Made by a program: the position numbers and the translations under genes. From positions 97,859,604 through 97,923,603 of the forward strand of contig NC_092383.1 of assembly GCF_030028105.1 (NCBI RefSeq): a stretch of DNA of 64,000 nucleotides, read 5' to 3'. Shown in pieces: positions 33,330 through 45,730 of this stretch. The notes below the pieces were generated by a model that worked only from the letters and a program-made list of their open reading frames with translations, was not told where the DNA came from and ran no database searches. Source of the stretch: Mobula birostris. Its lineage: Eukaryota. Position 1 is the first letter of the stretch. The number at the start of each line of letters is the position of its first letter.

Positions 33330-34624
33330 TATTATTATATAAATTGCATAAATACGAATACAAAAATTCATAAGGATACAATACAAATTATATTCATTTA
33401 AATCACAGTAATATGATCACAGTATCCCATATTCCAAATCAATCATGTAGAAAAAAAGATTGAATTATAAAATGAAATAAAATAATAGTTGTATTTTATT
33501 AAAACATCTACCCCCACTACCAAAATGAACTGGTTGGTTAAAAAAAAAACCTGACCATATAATATTATAATAATAATGGCACAGATCCATACTTTAATAA
33601 GAGTTCAAAGAGTATGAAAATAACTCAGAAAGGGTCCTCATGACATTAGAAAATCACGTTTAGAATCAGAAATTGAACAACGAATCTTCTCTAGATCAAG
33701 GCGTAACATAATGTCAGATAGCCATTGAACATGAGTGGGCGGGGCGGCCTCCTGCCACTCGAGCAAGATCACCCTCCTGGCCATAAGAGACATAAAGACC
33801 AATATCAGCAAACTGGATGGCTTCAGTTTTGTAGTATTATCCTCAACAATACCAAACATGGCAGTCACAAGGGATTGGGCTTAAAACTTTATTGAAAAGT
33901 ACAGAAGAAGTTTGAAATACATCTTTCCAATATTTTTCAAGGTTCGGACATATCCAAAACATATGAATTGGTGTGGCCACTCCATTAGTACATCTATCAC
34001 AGTAGAGAGAAATATCCACATAGAAACAAGAGAGCTTGTCTTCAGACATATGAACTCTATGTACCGCTTTGAATTGTAATAAAGAATGACGAGCGCATAA
34101 TGATGAAGAATTAATCAATTTTAAAATAATCTTCCAGCTTTCTTCAGATATGAAAATCTGCAAATCCTTTTCCCAATCTCCTTTAATTTTATCTAAAGAG
34201 GCCTTTTTCAGTCCCAACAGCAGACCGTAAATGTAAGATATTGAACCATTGTCAAAGGGTTTTGATTAAAAATTGTATCTATTATATTCTTATCTGGACG
34301 TAGGAAATGTTTGTGATTGAGATCTTAAAAAATCTGTAATCTGTAAGTATGGAAAAAAGTGGGTATTGGAAAGGTTAAATTTCGTTGAAAGTTGGACAAA
34401 AGAAGAGCGATTCCCTCCATCAAAAAAATCTTGAAGTTGTTTAATACCCAATCTATCTCATTCTTTAAACAACAAGTCAATTAAAGATGGTATTAAAAAC
34501 AATTAGAAAAGTTGGGACTTGACAGGGAGAATCACAATAAACCAAAATATTTTCGAAACCAAATCCTCAAAGTGTGTTTGATCACCACATTGTCAGTTAG
34601 TTTATTTAAAGATAATGGAAATGT
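33330..34624 (-). mobile_element. L1 ORF2 3' fragment plus 3' UTR, inserted into CR1
   Basis: KHTLRIW, IKGDWEKDL, CARHSLLQFK, CDRC, HMFWICP, ARRVILLEW, LDLEKIR. Confidence 0.85.
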
Positions 34625-34975
34625 GATGCTTTCCAAAAGCTCCAGCCCATCCTCTTCCTTAATATCTACACTCTCAAACTTTTCAGTGCACTGCACGTCA
34701 TCCCTACAATCAGCAAGATACTTTTCCATCATGAATACTGAAGCAAAGTATTCATTAAGTACCTCCACTACCTCCTCCGGTTCCATACCCACTTTTCCAC
34801 TGTCACACTTGATTGGTCCTATTCTCTCACGTCTGAATGCTCTTGCTCTTCATATACTTGTAGAATGCCTTGGGGTTTTCCTTAATCTTGTCCACCAATG
34901 CCTTCTCATGGCCCCTTCTGGCTCTCCTAATTTCATTCTTAAGCTCCTTCCTGCTAGCCTTATAATCTTCTAGGT
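34625..34975 (-). mobile_element. CR1 5' part (partner of 30455-32010)
   Basis: EVLNEYFASVF...IKEEDGLELLESI joins ESIRLDKSPG across the duplicated 11-mer. Confidence 0.85.
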
Positions 34976-34984
34976 TTTATCATT

Positions 34985-35200
34985 ATCTAGATTTTGGAAG
35001 TGATTCATCCTGAGGTTCGGGATACCTTGGAAACCGTCTCGCGACAACGGTACACACGTTATGGGAAGGTAATGGGAGAAGTATGTAAGGCCTCAGAGAT
35101 TGATCAACATTTCCATTGTTGCTCCCATCCTCAGTCGGCAGGCTTAGTAGAAAGGGTGAATGGTATAGATAAAATAAGCTGAGTAAAATGTGTGGCCGAT
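34985..35200 (+). pseudogene. pol: ERV integrase catalytic core, continuation of 30050-30455
   Basis: LRFGIPWKPSRDNGTH (frameshifted), CKASEIDQHFHCCSHPQSAGLVERVNG. Confidence 0.75.
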
Positions 35201-35429
35201 TGAAAGTTAACAAGGCGAGTGAAGTTCTTTTTAATCGAAAGGTACACCAAACATGCATAAAACTCTAAAACCAGCATGTTAGAGACAGTGAAAAATTTGA
35301 AGAGCAAATCTCTGCATTAACTGAATGAGCGAAAGAACACTGTGGATCAATGGATATGCTTTGTATGAAATTTCAAAATGAAAAACAAAACGTGAAAGCA
35401 TAGCCAGCCAGTGACGCCTTGGGAGGATG

Positions 35430-36610
35430 ATGGTGGTGATGTGACTGCTGTCACTCCGTCTGGGAAGCCCCGTGTCCTGGGTTCTAGGGGTCCTTAATAA
35501 TGGATGCTGCCTTTCTCAGCTACCGCTCCCTAAAGATGTCCTGGGTACTTTGCAAGCTAATGCCCAAGATGGATCTGACTAGATTTGTAACCTTCTGCAG
35601 CCCCTTTCGGTCCTGTGCTGTAGCTGCTCCATACGGCAGTGATGCAGCCTGTCAGAATGCTCTCCACGGTACAACTATTGAAGTTTTTGAGTGTATTTGT
35701 TGACATGCTAAATCTCTTCAAACTCCTAACAAAGTATAGTCACTGTCTTGCCTTCTTTATAACTACATTGATATGTTGGGACCAGGTTAGATCCTCAGAG
35801 ATCTTGACACCCAGGAACTTGAAGATGCCCACTCTCTCCACATTTGTTCCTCTATGAGGATTGGTATGTGTTCCTTTGTCTTATCCTTCCTGAAGTCCAC
35901 AATCAGCTCTTTCGTCTTACTGACATTGAGTGCCAGGCTGTTGCTGCGACACCACTCCACTAGTTGGTATATCTCACTCCTGTACGTCCTCTCTTCGCCA
36001 CCTGAGATTCTACCAACAATGGTTGTATTGTCAGCAAATTTATAGATGGTATTTGAGCTTTGCCTAGTCACACAGTCATGTGTATATAGAGAGTAGAGCA
36101 GTGGGTTAAGCACACTCCCCTGAGGTGCGCCCTTATATATCATCAGCGAGGAGGATATATTACCACTAATCCGCACAGTTTGTGGTCTTCTGGTTAGGAA
36201 GTCGAGGATCCAATTGCAGAGGGAGATACAGAGGCCCAAGTTCTGCAATTTCTCAATCAGGATTGTGGGAATAATGGTATTAAATGCTGAGCTATCATCA
36301 ATGAACAGCATCCTGATGTAGGTGTTTGTGTTGTCCAGGTGGCCTAAAGTCGTGTGGAGAGCCATTGAGGATGCATCTGCCGTTGACCTATTGCGGCGAT
36401 AGATAGATTGCAGTGGGTCCAGGTCCTTGCTGAGGCAGGAGCTCCATCTAGTCATGACCAACCCCTCTCAAAGCATTTCATCACTGTAGATGTGAGTACT
36501 ACCGGGCGATAGTCATTAAGTCATTATTCTTCTTAGGCACTGGTATAATTGCTGCCATTTTGAAGCAAGTGGGAACTTCCGCCCGTAGCAGTGAAAGGGT
36601 GAAATGATTG
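35430..36610 (-). mobile_element. Rex1/Babar LINE RT fragment
   Basis: ORF 35787-36461: [53 protein letters not shown]. Confidence 0.9.
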
Positions 36611-36870
36611 CTAAATGATGTATTGACAGGCTAGTGGCAGATTCATCGACCATTCTTCAACCAGTCAACAATCTGCTGAAGCACAGGAAGTGCTCAGACG
36701 ATCCTGTGATTCTTTCTGAGGAACAGCTGGATGCATTTGAAACTTTAAAGGTGACATGTGCATTAAGAATCCCAGATACAGCTGGGCAATTCACTCTGTA
36801 TGTCAATCAGAAACACACAATAACAGTCTTAAGTCAAGAACTTGGAGACCGACAGCATCCTTGTACTACT
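36610..36870 (+). pseudogene. pol: ERV pol fragment (RT thumb/connection)
   Basis: LQPVNNLLK...LSEEQLDAFETLK...LRIPD...FTLYV...VLSQELGDRQHP. Confidence 0.6.
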
Positions 36871-36889
36871 TCCTCCCCTCCCCCATGTT

Positions 36890-37020
36890 CTTGCTCCAAC
36901 TTCTCATCTTTTTTACCCCAGTCTTAATGAAGGGTCTCGCACCGAAATGTCGACTGTTTTACTTTTTTTGGTAGATGCTACCTGGCCTGCTGGATTCCTC
37001 CAGCATTTTTTGTGTATTTC
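36890..37020 (+). mobile_element. Penelope terminal-repeat fragment, decayed hammerhead
   Basis: CTTAATGAAGGGTCTCGCACCGAAATGTCGAC followed by GATGCTACCTGGCCTGCTG. Confidence 0.65.
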
Positions 37021-38153
37021 CTGTTGGTTGTTAGTCTGCCAATGATTGAGAGAGGGTTCAAATGGCTGTTGCTGGAACCGAGGCCGTTGATCAGTTAACG
37101 TCACTGCAACTGGAAGAGCAAGGGTCCCTTTCTGGGGAGCGGTAAAATTACCTGTACGGACCTGACTAATCTCAGTCCTCCCCATCCCCTGAAAGGGGTA
37201 TGTGGTTACTGGGACTAACCCTGGCTACCGGGTGTGTCATAGAAACATAGAAAATCTACAGCACAATACAGGCCCTTCGGCCCACAAAGCTGTGCCGAAC
37301 ATGTGTCCCCGACTGTGATGGAAGTGGAGAGAAAAGGCAGCTGTTATATTGCCTGCATAGAGTCCCACATGCGGCACATGGCATCAGCACCTCACCACTG
37401 TCTGGGCCGGCGGGACTGGAGGTCCATGATAGAGGCTGAAAGGTTCTGGTTAATTGCCTTTCCGCGATATGGGACTGTGAGGTGGTCATAGATGGTCAGC
37501 ATCCTTGACTGCTGTGTAGCAGTGGTCAAGTATATTCGGGCCTCTAGTGGGGCAGGAGACATGTTGGTATAACTTTGACAGCGCCTTTCTGAGGTTGGTC
37601 TGGTTAAAGATGGACTTTTTTTTTAAATTTGCGCCTAAACCAATGCTGATTATTATTATTATTATTTTGTGGTAGATACCTCATAGTCCTTATGTTTCCT
37701 GCAAATACTAAAATATTACATTTATTGCTATTAAGCCTACTTGTTTTGCTTAGACTTCCAAGCAGTGATTCTGTTGATTTTTGTTTTAAGTTCAATAGCC
37801 AAATTAATTGAGGTATTGCATGGTCAGAGTATGATTTGTCCAACTCCTGGTAAAGCCTTGCATATCTGTTGTTTGCCTTATTTGACTTTAATAACCGTGT
37901 ATCTTTTGGCATTGTCTGTCTATGTAATGTGAATAGCAGTGGACATTGTGGGTTAGTGTTGTGCTTTTTAGTTGAAAAGCACGCATCTGAGGCTGATTTC
38001 AGGATTGGTGCGTGATTCACGTGGGTCGGATGCTCTGTTGGTTTGTTTTGTTTATGCTCTGTGTAGCCCGGGTTGTCTCCGATGCTGTTGACACTGTAAC
38101 AGTTCACTTCTATATTAGATCTATCAATTGCTGTTGTTTGTGAATCAACAGAG

Positions 38154-38662
38154 GCAGACATCCCACCTCTCCCGGAAGTTCCGGGAGTCTCCCGCATATT
38201 AATAATGGCTCCCTGATGCCTGCAATGTATATACAATATCACATAAATCAATTTTTTTGAGAGCGAGAGAGAAAGCAAGCGAGAGCGCGAGAGAGAGAGA
38301 GCGCGCCATGACAGAGTGTTCCAAAAAAAAGAAAATATAAAACGTACTTCACCCCAGACTACCCTAAAGCGTACCCCTGCCTAATAGGGGTCAAAAGTAA
38401 TGACAGTGTTGCTCGCTGCACTGTTTGCAACAGTGACTTTTCTATTGCCCATGGTAGGTTAAGACTGTAAAAGACATGTTGAGGTGAGTATAACAGGTGT
38501 CATTCGTTCATTAGTATAGCTAACGTTATTTAAACTAGCTGGCTGGCTGCTAAGGAGCTAGTCTATTGCAGACATCCCACCTCTCTCAGAAGTTCCAGGA
38601 ATCTCCCGCAAATTGATGGTGCTACCTCCCCGAAATCAGTTTTTGCAGGGTGGGATGTCTGC
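38154..38662. mobile_element. MITE-like element with terminal inverted repeats
   Basis: GCAGACATCCCAC at 38154 (repeated internally near 38569) and GTGGGATGTCTGC ending at 38662; no convincing TSD. Confidence 0.55.
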
Positions 38663-38799
38663 AGGGGCATTTATAGTAGGCACATAATGCTTGAACGCCA
38701 CGCGTCTGGCCTTGCACAATACATCTCTCAGCACCATCACTGAATAATTCAGCCCCACTGTAGAAACAACAAGAAAAAATCTCTCGCGCCGCCATGGCT

Positions 38800-39000
38800 T
38801 CCCAGCTCTTTACTGCATCCTTCCTCCCTCAGGTTTCACCTATCAGCTCATCTTTCTCCCTTTCACCCCTCCCCCGCCTTTTAAATCTATTTCGCAGCTT
38901 TTTACTCTAGTCCTGCCAAAGGTCTCGGCCCGAAACGTTGACTGTACTCTTTTCCATAGATGCAGCCTGGCCTGCTGAGTTCCTCCAGTATTTTGTGTAT
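38800..39000 (+). mobile_element. Penelope terminal-repeat fragment, hammerhead core mutated
   Basis: AGTCCTGCCAAAGGTCTCGGCCCGAAACGTTGACT. Confidence 0.65.
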
Positions 39001-39629
39001 CACTGCTGACAGTAGCCAGAGTTCGAATGTCTGAATCCCAGAAGCTGTCGCGGTTGGAAACGTCTCGTAACTAAACCCTCTCCCTTGGCTGCTCGGAGAG
39101 GCGGTGATTGGAGTCACGGATGAAAGTCGGATACAAGATGTCTCTTTCAGGCAACCAGCACCTCTCCTCGGCTCCGAATCCTTCCCATTGCCGAATGCCT
39201 CAAAGTTACAGGAACAATTTCTTACCCTCCGTCATCAGATTTCTGAATGGTCAAGAATCCAGGAACTCACTATTCCTCCTCCTGTTTTTCGCGAGTGATT
39301 TAATAATTATTGTAATTTATAGTTTTATAACGTATTGCATTGTACTGCTGCCGCAAAACTACAAATTACGCAATGATATTAAACCTGATTCTGATTGTAT
39401 GTGTGTAGATCCGGTCCCTGACCGCGGATTTCCTGCAAACCCGACCGCCACACGGAGCTGGTCCTCAGACTGCTGGATGACGATTGTGGTGGAGTGAGGG
39501 TTGAGATAGGAGTGAGGGCGACAAAGCGGGTGGAAATAGTTTGAGCAAACAGGCGGGTAGAGAGATTTAAAAAGTCTGTGGGTAAAGATACAACGGGTCG
39601 ATGTGTCAAACAGACAGAGTGTCGTCTCA

Positions 39630-39741
39630 CTGAATTCCTGACTTTTCTCTTCCGGGAGTGGCGGGCCGGGTGTAACCGGAAATCTCTTCCTGTTTTCCCC
39701 CGAGATTCTCCGAAACTCCAGATCGACAGAACGCCCTCACG
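39630..39741 (+). promoter_or_regulatory. Candidate TATA-less ETS/GC-box promoter of gene B
   Basis: ETS-type cores AATTCCTG 39633-40, CTTCCGGG 39649-56, ACCGGAAAT 39675-83, CTTCCTGT 39686-93, plus GGCGGG, all within 110 nt of the leader ATG. Confidence 0.5.
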
Positions 39742-39793
39742 ATGTGGATGGTCTCGCCCCTGCTCTGTGTTGTCGCCTGGGTCGCCCGTGTGG
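39742..39793 (+). CDS. Gene B leader (signal peptide) exon
   Basis: ATG TGG ATG...GTG G|GTAAGG; MWMVSPLLCVVAWVARV, phase 1. Joins 47761 in frame to give ...VARVAETGDSPTTV, a plausible cleavage region. Confidence 0.75.
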
Positions 39794-40649
39794 GTAAGGT
39801 CATATGTGGTGATCGATAGTGATTAGAGAACAGGAAGATCTTCCAGCTTCTCCCTTCTCCCGTGTGTTCAGAGTTCTGTCTCTCGCTCTCCTCTCTCCCT
39901 CTGTGTTCAGAGTTCTGTCCCTCCCTCATCACTCCCCCCTCTCCTCTTCCCCTCTCCTCTCCACATCCCCTCTTCCCCTTCCCCCGTCCCCTCTGGTCAG
40001 AGCTCTGTTTATCCCGCTCCCTGTTCCCAGTGTTCAGAGCTCTGTCTACCTCTCTTCATAACTCAGAGCCTACCTTTGCCTTTCGCTCTTTCTCCCTTCG
40101 TCCATGTAGACAGAAATGATTTCGATCAAACTCTAGAGTTGGAGAGAGGTTTTCCTCATGGTGCAAACGCTGTGAGAATAATTGTGCTGTGGATGTCACA
40201 GCGCTTCCTTCCTGATTGTTTTCTGTTGGACAAGAGGCCAAGCATACAGTTGCAAAGGGAGGTGTTGTGTCTCATTTCTAGGAGTTTGGAGATGATTTTA
40301 CTTGGAATTGTGGAATGGAAGATGGATCTATTGTTGTTAAACAATAGCCTAAGATAGGTGTCTTTACTACACGTGGACAGGGTGAAGACTCCCTCTGGAT
40401 GGTACAAACATTGTTTCTGTGAACTGCAGTGAGGCGGAGAACTCCATGCCACAGTGAGAAGGAGATGATCTGTCCAGCTGGCTGGAGGTGGTTTGTCCAG
40501 CTGGCCAGGGAGGCTGTGGGATGTGGAGGGGAACCTGCAGGTGGTGGTGTTCTCCTGTACTGCTGCTCTTATCCTTCCTGGTGGGAGGGGTGACAGGTTT
40601 GCAAGGTCCTGTCACAGTAGCTTGGGTGTGTGACTACAGTGGATTTTGC

Positions 40650-41190
40650 AGATTAGCTTTATAAAGATCTTTATTTTTTTGTAGTGATAATACCCAAATA
40701 TTTAAAAGAGTTCACAATTCTAAATGGAATATCCTTATACAGTATATAAAAACAGGAACATTTAAAGGGAACAATTCACTTTTATTTAAATTAAGTTTAT
40801 ATCCTGAAAATTTTCCAAAATCATTTAATAATTTCAAAAGATTAGGAATAGATTCTTCAGGATTCGAGATATAAACCAAAAGATCATCTGCATAAAGAGT
40901 AATCTTATGTATGGTCCCATTTATAGAAATACCATGAATATTTTTAGCTTTGTGAATTGTTGTAGCCAAAGGCTCCAATGTGAGATTAAATAATAAAGGA
41001 CTTAATGGACACCCTTGTCAAGTACCTCGTGAAAGGAAAAAAAGGGAGACCTAAGATTATTAGTAATGACGGTAGTGATAGGATTCTTAAGAGATTATTT
41101 GAATCCACTTATTAAAATTATTACCAAAGCCAAATCTCTCTAATACATTAAACAAATAATCCATTCAACTCTATCAAATGCCTAATACAT
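40650..41190 (-). mobile_element. L1 RT fragment
   Basis: AFDRVEW, LYADDLLVYI, SGYKLNLNKSE, FKYLGI. Confidence 0.85.
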
Positions 41191-41199
41191 TGATTGTTC

Positions 41200-41818
41200 T
41201 ATTTGAAATAGTTCCGCATTATATTCAGGTATTTCATTTTCAAACTAACATGTAATTGCATTTGTTACATTGTTGGCAAGAAGAGCTATTCTTTTGAAGT
41301 GGAAAGATACCTCTGCTCCTACACTAATTCAATGGTTTTCCCAAGTAATGTTATGTCTTAGTTTGGAAAAAATTAGAAGTAGAACTTTTGATACCCGATT
41401 TGATTTTGAGAGAAGGTGGGGCTCTTTTGCTATATATTATCATTTAATTTGAATCATTTTACATTGTTTCCTTCCAATTTTATGTTATATAAATGTGATT
41501 TGGTGGTTGTTGTTTTCTTTTTCTTTATATATATATATATATATATAAATAAATGATTGAAATGATTGTAAGATGTATTGCTCCGGGAGTTGATTCCTAA
41601 TGGGATTTTTCCTCTCTTTTTTTTGTTTTATAGTTAGTGGTTTTTTTTAAGTTAGCTGGGGTTCTCTTTTTCCCTTCTTCTTTTATAAAATTGTTTTTTC
41701 ATTAGCATATATAATTTTTTTTCTCTTCAGCTTTATTATATATTTACTAATTTGTTGAATTTCTGTATTTTATAGCTGTAGAAGATTATATATTAATAAA
41801 AAGATTTAAAAATGAAAT
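41200..41818 (+). mobile_element. L1 3' end (ORF2 C-terminus, 3' UTR, AATAAA and A-rich tail)
   Basis: LARRAILLKWK...LSLEKIRS; AATAAAAAGATTTAAAAATGAAA tail. Confidence 0.8.
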
Positions 41819-43370
41819 GACATATAACGTGAAAAGAATTAGTCTCAACATAGACCCCTGTAGAACATCACTAGTCACTGGCAACCAACCAGAAAAGGCT
41901 CCTTTTATTCCCACTCTTTGCCTCCTGCCAGACAACCATTTCCCTGTAATACTATGGGCTCGGAGCTTGTTAAGCAGCCTCATGTGTGACACCGTCTGAA
42001 ATTCCAAGTACACAACATTGCCCGTTTCTTCTTTACTTTTATCTATCCTGCTTGTTATTTCTTCAAAGAACTCTTTAACAGATTGTTAGAAATGATTTTC
42101 CCTTAAGGAAACCATGCTGACTGCAGCGAATTTTATCATGTCCCTCCAAATACCCCAAAATGATATCCTTAACAATCAACTCAAACATCTTCCCAGCCAC
42201 TGAGGTCAGACTAACTAGCCCATAATTTCCTTTCTACTACCTCCCTCCCCTTCTTGAAGAGTGGGGTGACATTTGCAATTTTCCAGTCCTCCTGAACAAT
42301 GCCAGAATCTCTTGATTCTTGAAAGATTGTTACCAACTTCTTCACAATCCAGGTGACTTACCAATCTTCAAACCTTTCAGTTTCCCAAGAACCTTGTCCT
42401 TAGGAATGGCAACTTCATACAATACAGCTTCCCAACATTCTTGAACTGCCAGCATTCTGCTAGTGTATTCCACAGTAAAGACTGATGCAAAATACTTATT
42501 CAATTCATCTGCCATTTCCTTGTCAACACATTACTACCTCTCCCGTATTATTTTGCAGTGGTCCAATTTCTACTGGCACCTCACTTTTGCACTTTGAATA
42601 TCTGAAGAAACTTTTGGTCTTCTTTAATATTATTGGCTGGCTTACATTCGTATTCCCTCTTTTCCTTCTTTATGACTTTTTGTTTGCCTTCTGTTAGTTT
42701 TTAAAATCTTCCCGATCCACTAACTCCTTATAATTTTTTCTTCTTCGTTGGGATGTATATATCCTGCACCTTACGAATTGCTCCAGAAATTCCAGTCATT
42801 GCTGCTTTACAATAATCCCTGGTAGCATTCAATTTTGGTCAGCTCCTTTCCCATGCCTCTGTAATTCCCTTTACTCCACTGTAATGACAATACAGCAAAC
42901 TTCAGCTTCTCCTGCTCAAATTACATGGTGAATTCTATCATATATGGTCACTTGTCCTGAAGTGTTCCTTTACCTGAAGCCCTCTATTCAATCCTGGTAC
43001 ATTGCACAGCACCCAACCCAGAATAGCTGATCCCCTCGTGGGCCAAAACCAGATCTCATACTTATTCCAGAAACTCCCCCTCTTGGGATCCAGCAGTAAC
43101 TTGATTTTCCCAATCTACCTGCACATTGAAATCCTCCATGACAATTGTAATGCTGCCCTTTTGACATGCATTTTCTGGCTGCTGTTGTACTTTGTCAACA
43201 ACATCTTTACTTCTGTTTGGGATTCTGTCGATAACTCCCATCACTATCTTTTTACCCTTGTAGTTCCTTAATTCAACCCAAAATGATTTTACACATTCTG
43301 ATCCTACGTTATCTCTTTCTAATGATTTGATTTCATTTTTTACCAACAGAGCTACACCACCCCTCTGCCT
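41818..43370 (-). mobile_element. Older CR1 ORF2 fragment (endonuclease to RT)
   Basis: RGGVALLVKNEI, WVELRN, MEDFN, HMRLLNKLRAH, SDVLQGS. Confidence 0.75.
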
Positions 43371-44777
43371 GTCTGCTTTCATTTCGATACCTGAACAGCC
43401 ACACTCTGATTGAGGAACAGTTTCTTCCCCTCCACCATCAGATTTCTGAACCATGGACCCAGTAACAATACCTTGCTATTCCTCTTTGTCATGGTTTATT
43501 GTTTGTAATTTAGTGTAATTGTTGCTTTGTGGCAACCTTGCACTGGACAACAGATTTCACAACATTGGTCAGTGACAATAAACCGGATTGGTGGCGGATG
43601 TTCGATTGAGCAGCTGGTGCATATCACAAATCCTGCTTATGGAACCACTGACACAAGGCAGACAATCTCTAAAGAGGATTAGTAATAGTTGGGTGACAAA
43701 TCTTGTAAAGACACTGCCAAAAGGTGGCAATGGCAAAAAACTTCAGTAGAAAATTTGTCTAGAGCAATCATGGTCAAGACCATGATCGTCCATGTTAGAC
43801 GAAACAGAACATAATGAATGAATGAATAAACCTGAATTTGATTCTGACCACAGTGTGCAATGCCCTCCACCCGAGGTCCCTCCATGGAGAGACCTTCACT
43901 GAGAGTCTCATCTCCCACCAGATGGCACAGCAGATCATCAGGCAGGAATGGTTTGCAGACAAGGATAAGGAATGGTAGAGTCTGTAGGAGCAGACCGTAC
44001 CAAAACTACTTCCACACACCACAGAATGGTAAAGAGGCAACTCGCGTTTTATTTGGGATCTCTCCTACGGAGAAGGTATGACATGTACAAAAGGGATGGG
44101 TTACACCTGAAGCTGAAGGGGACCAATATCTTTTCAGGTTTGTTGTCTGGGAATTAAGCTAATTTGGCAGGGGGATGGGAGCCAGAGTGATAGCACTGAG
44201 GATGGGGAGGTTGGTTTACAAATGGAGGCAGTGAGTAGTGAGACTACTAGCAAGGAGAGGCGGATGACTGGACAAAATTGTAGTCAACGGGTTGAGTTGC
44301 AAATCCTGGGAAGCTCCAGACCCTGGGCCTCTGTACCTCCATCTGTAGCTGGATCCTTAACTTTCTAACCAGAAGACATAATCTGTGCAGATTGTAAATA
44401 ACATCTCTACTTCGCTGACAATCAACACTGGCACATTTCAGGGATGCGTACTTACTCTGCACCCATGACCATGTAGCTAGGCACAGCTCAACTGTCATCT
44501 ATCAATTTGCTGATGATACAACCATTGTTCGTTGAAACTCAGGTGGTGATGAGCGGGCGTAGTGGAGCGGCTAGTTGAGTGATGTTGCCATAACTAACTT
44601 GCACTCAACATGAGTAAGACCAAGGAACTGATTGTGGACTTTAGCAAGGGCAAGGTGAAGGAACAAACACTCCTCAGGGAGTGATCACAAATGAAGACAG
44701 TGAGTAATTTTAAGTTCCTGGGTGTCAATATCACTGAGGACCGAACCTGGACATAAAATATTGACACTGCTATAATG

Positions 44778-45290
44778 ACCAACTCAGGTTGGAGGAACCA
44801 CTCCTTCTGTTCCGTCTGGGTAGCCTCCAACCTGATGGCATGAACATTGACTTCTCTAACTTCTGTTAATGCCCCACCTCGCCCTCGTACCCCAGCCCTT
44901 ATTTATTTATTTATTTTCCCTCTTTTTTTTGTCCCCCCCCCTCTTTTTTCTCCCTCTATCTCTCTCACTATAACTCCTTGCCCATCCTCTGGGTACCCCT
45001 TCCCCTTTCTTTCTCCCTAGGCCTCCTCTCCCATGATCCTCTCCCTTCGCCAGCCTCTTATCCCTTATGCCAATCACCTGTCCAGCTCTTGGCTCTATCC
45101 CTCCCCCTCCTGTCTTCTCCTATCATTTTGAACCTCCCTCTCCCAGTCCCACTCCCACTTTCAAATCTCTTACTAACTCTTCTTTCAGTTAGTCCTGACG
45201 AAGGGTCTCGGCCCGAAACGTCAACTGAACCTCTTCCTAGAGATGCTGCCTGGCCTGCTGCGTTCACCAGCATTTTTTGTGTGTGTTGCG
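44778..45290 (+). mobile_element. Penelope-like element 3' end (GIY-YIG C-terminus plus terminal repeat)
   Basis: QLRLEEPLLLFRLGSLQPDGMNIDFSNFC* followed by a pyrimidine-rich UTR and a hammerhead motif. Confidence 0.8.
45191..45226 (+). ncRNA. Minimal hammerhead ribozyme motif (core intact, one stem I mismatch)
   Basis: AGTC-CTGACGA-AGGGTCTCGGCCC-GAAAC-GTC-AACT. Confidence 0.65.
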
Positions 45291-45730
45291 ATAATGAACA
45301 ACAGCTATATTTCATTATGAGTTTGAGAATATTTGTTTTGTCTGCGAAAAGAGTTGAAAATTTCTACAGATGTCCCATGGGAAGCTTCGTATACATATTA
45401 TACATTCTATACATATATTTACTGCAATTTAGTTTCTTTTTCTCTATCATCATGTATCGCATTGTCCTGCTAACTCAAAATTAACAAATTTTACAACCCA
45501 TGCCGGTGATAATAAACCTGATTCTGATTCTGAATATTGAAGGAGCTAAACCGATGGTCTTGGAGAGGATGTTTCATATGTGCAGGGTGGGGTGTCTTCG
45601 ACCACAGGGCACAGCCTCAAAACACAATGATGTCCCATTGAAACAGAAATGCCCCTCCTCTTCCCTTTCTCCCATTGCCCTCTGTTCTCTCCTATCAGAT
45701 ACCTTCTTCCCCAGCCTGTTTCCTTCAGAA

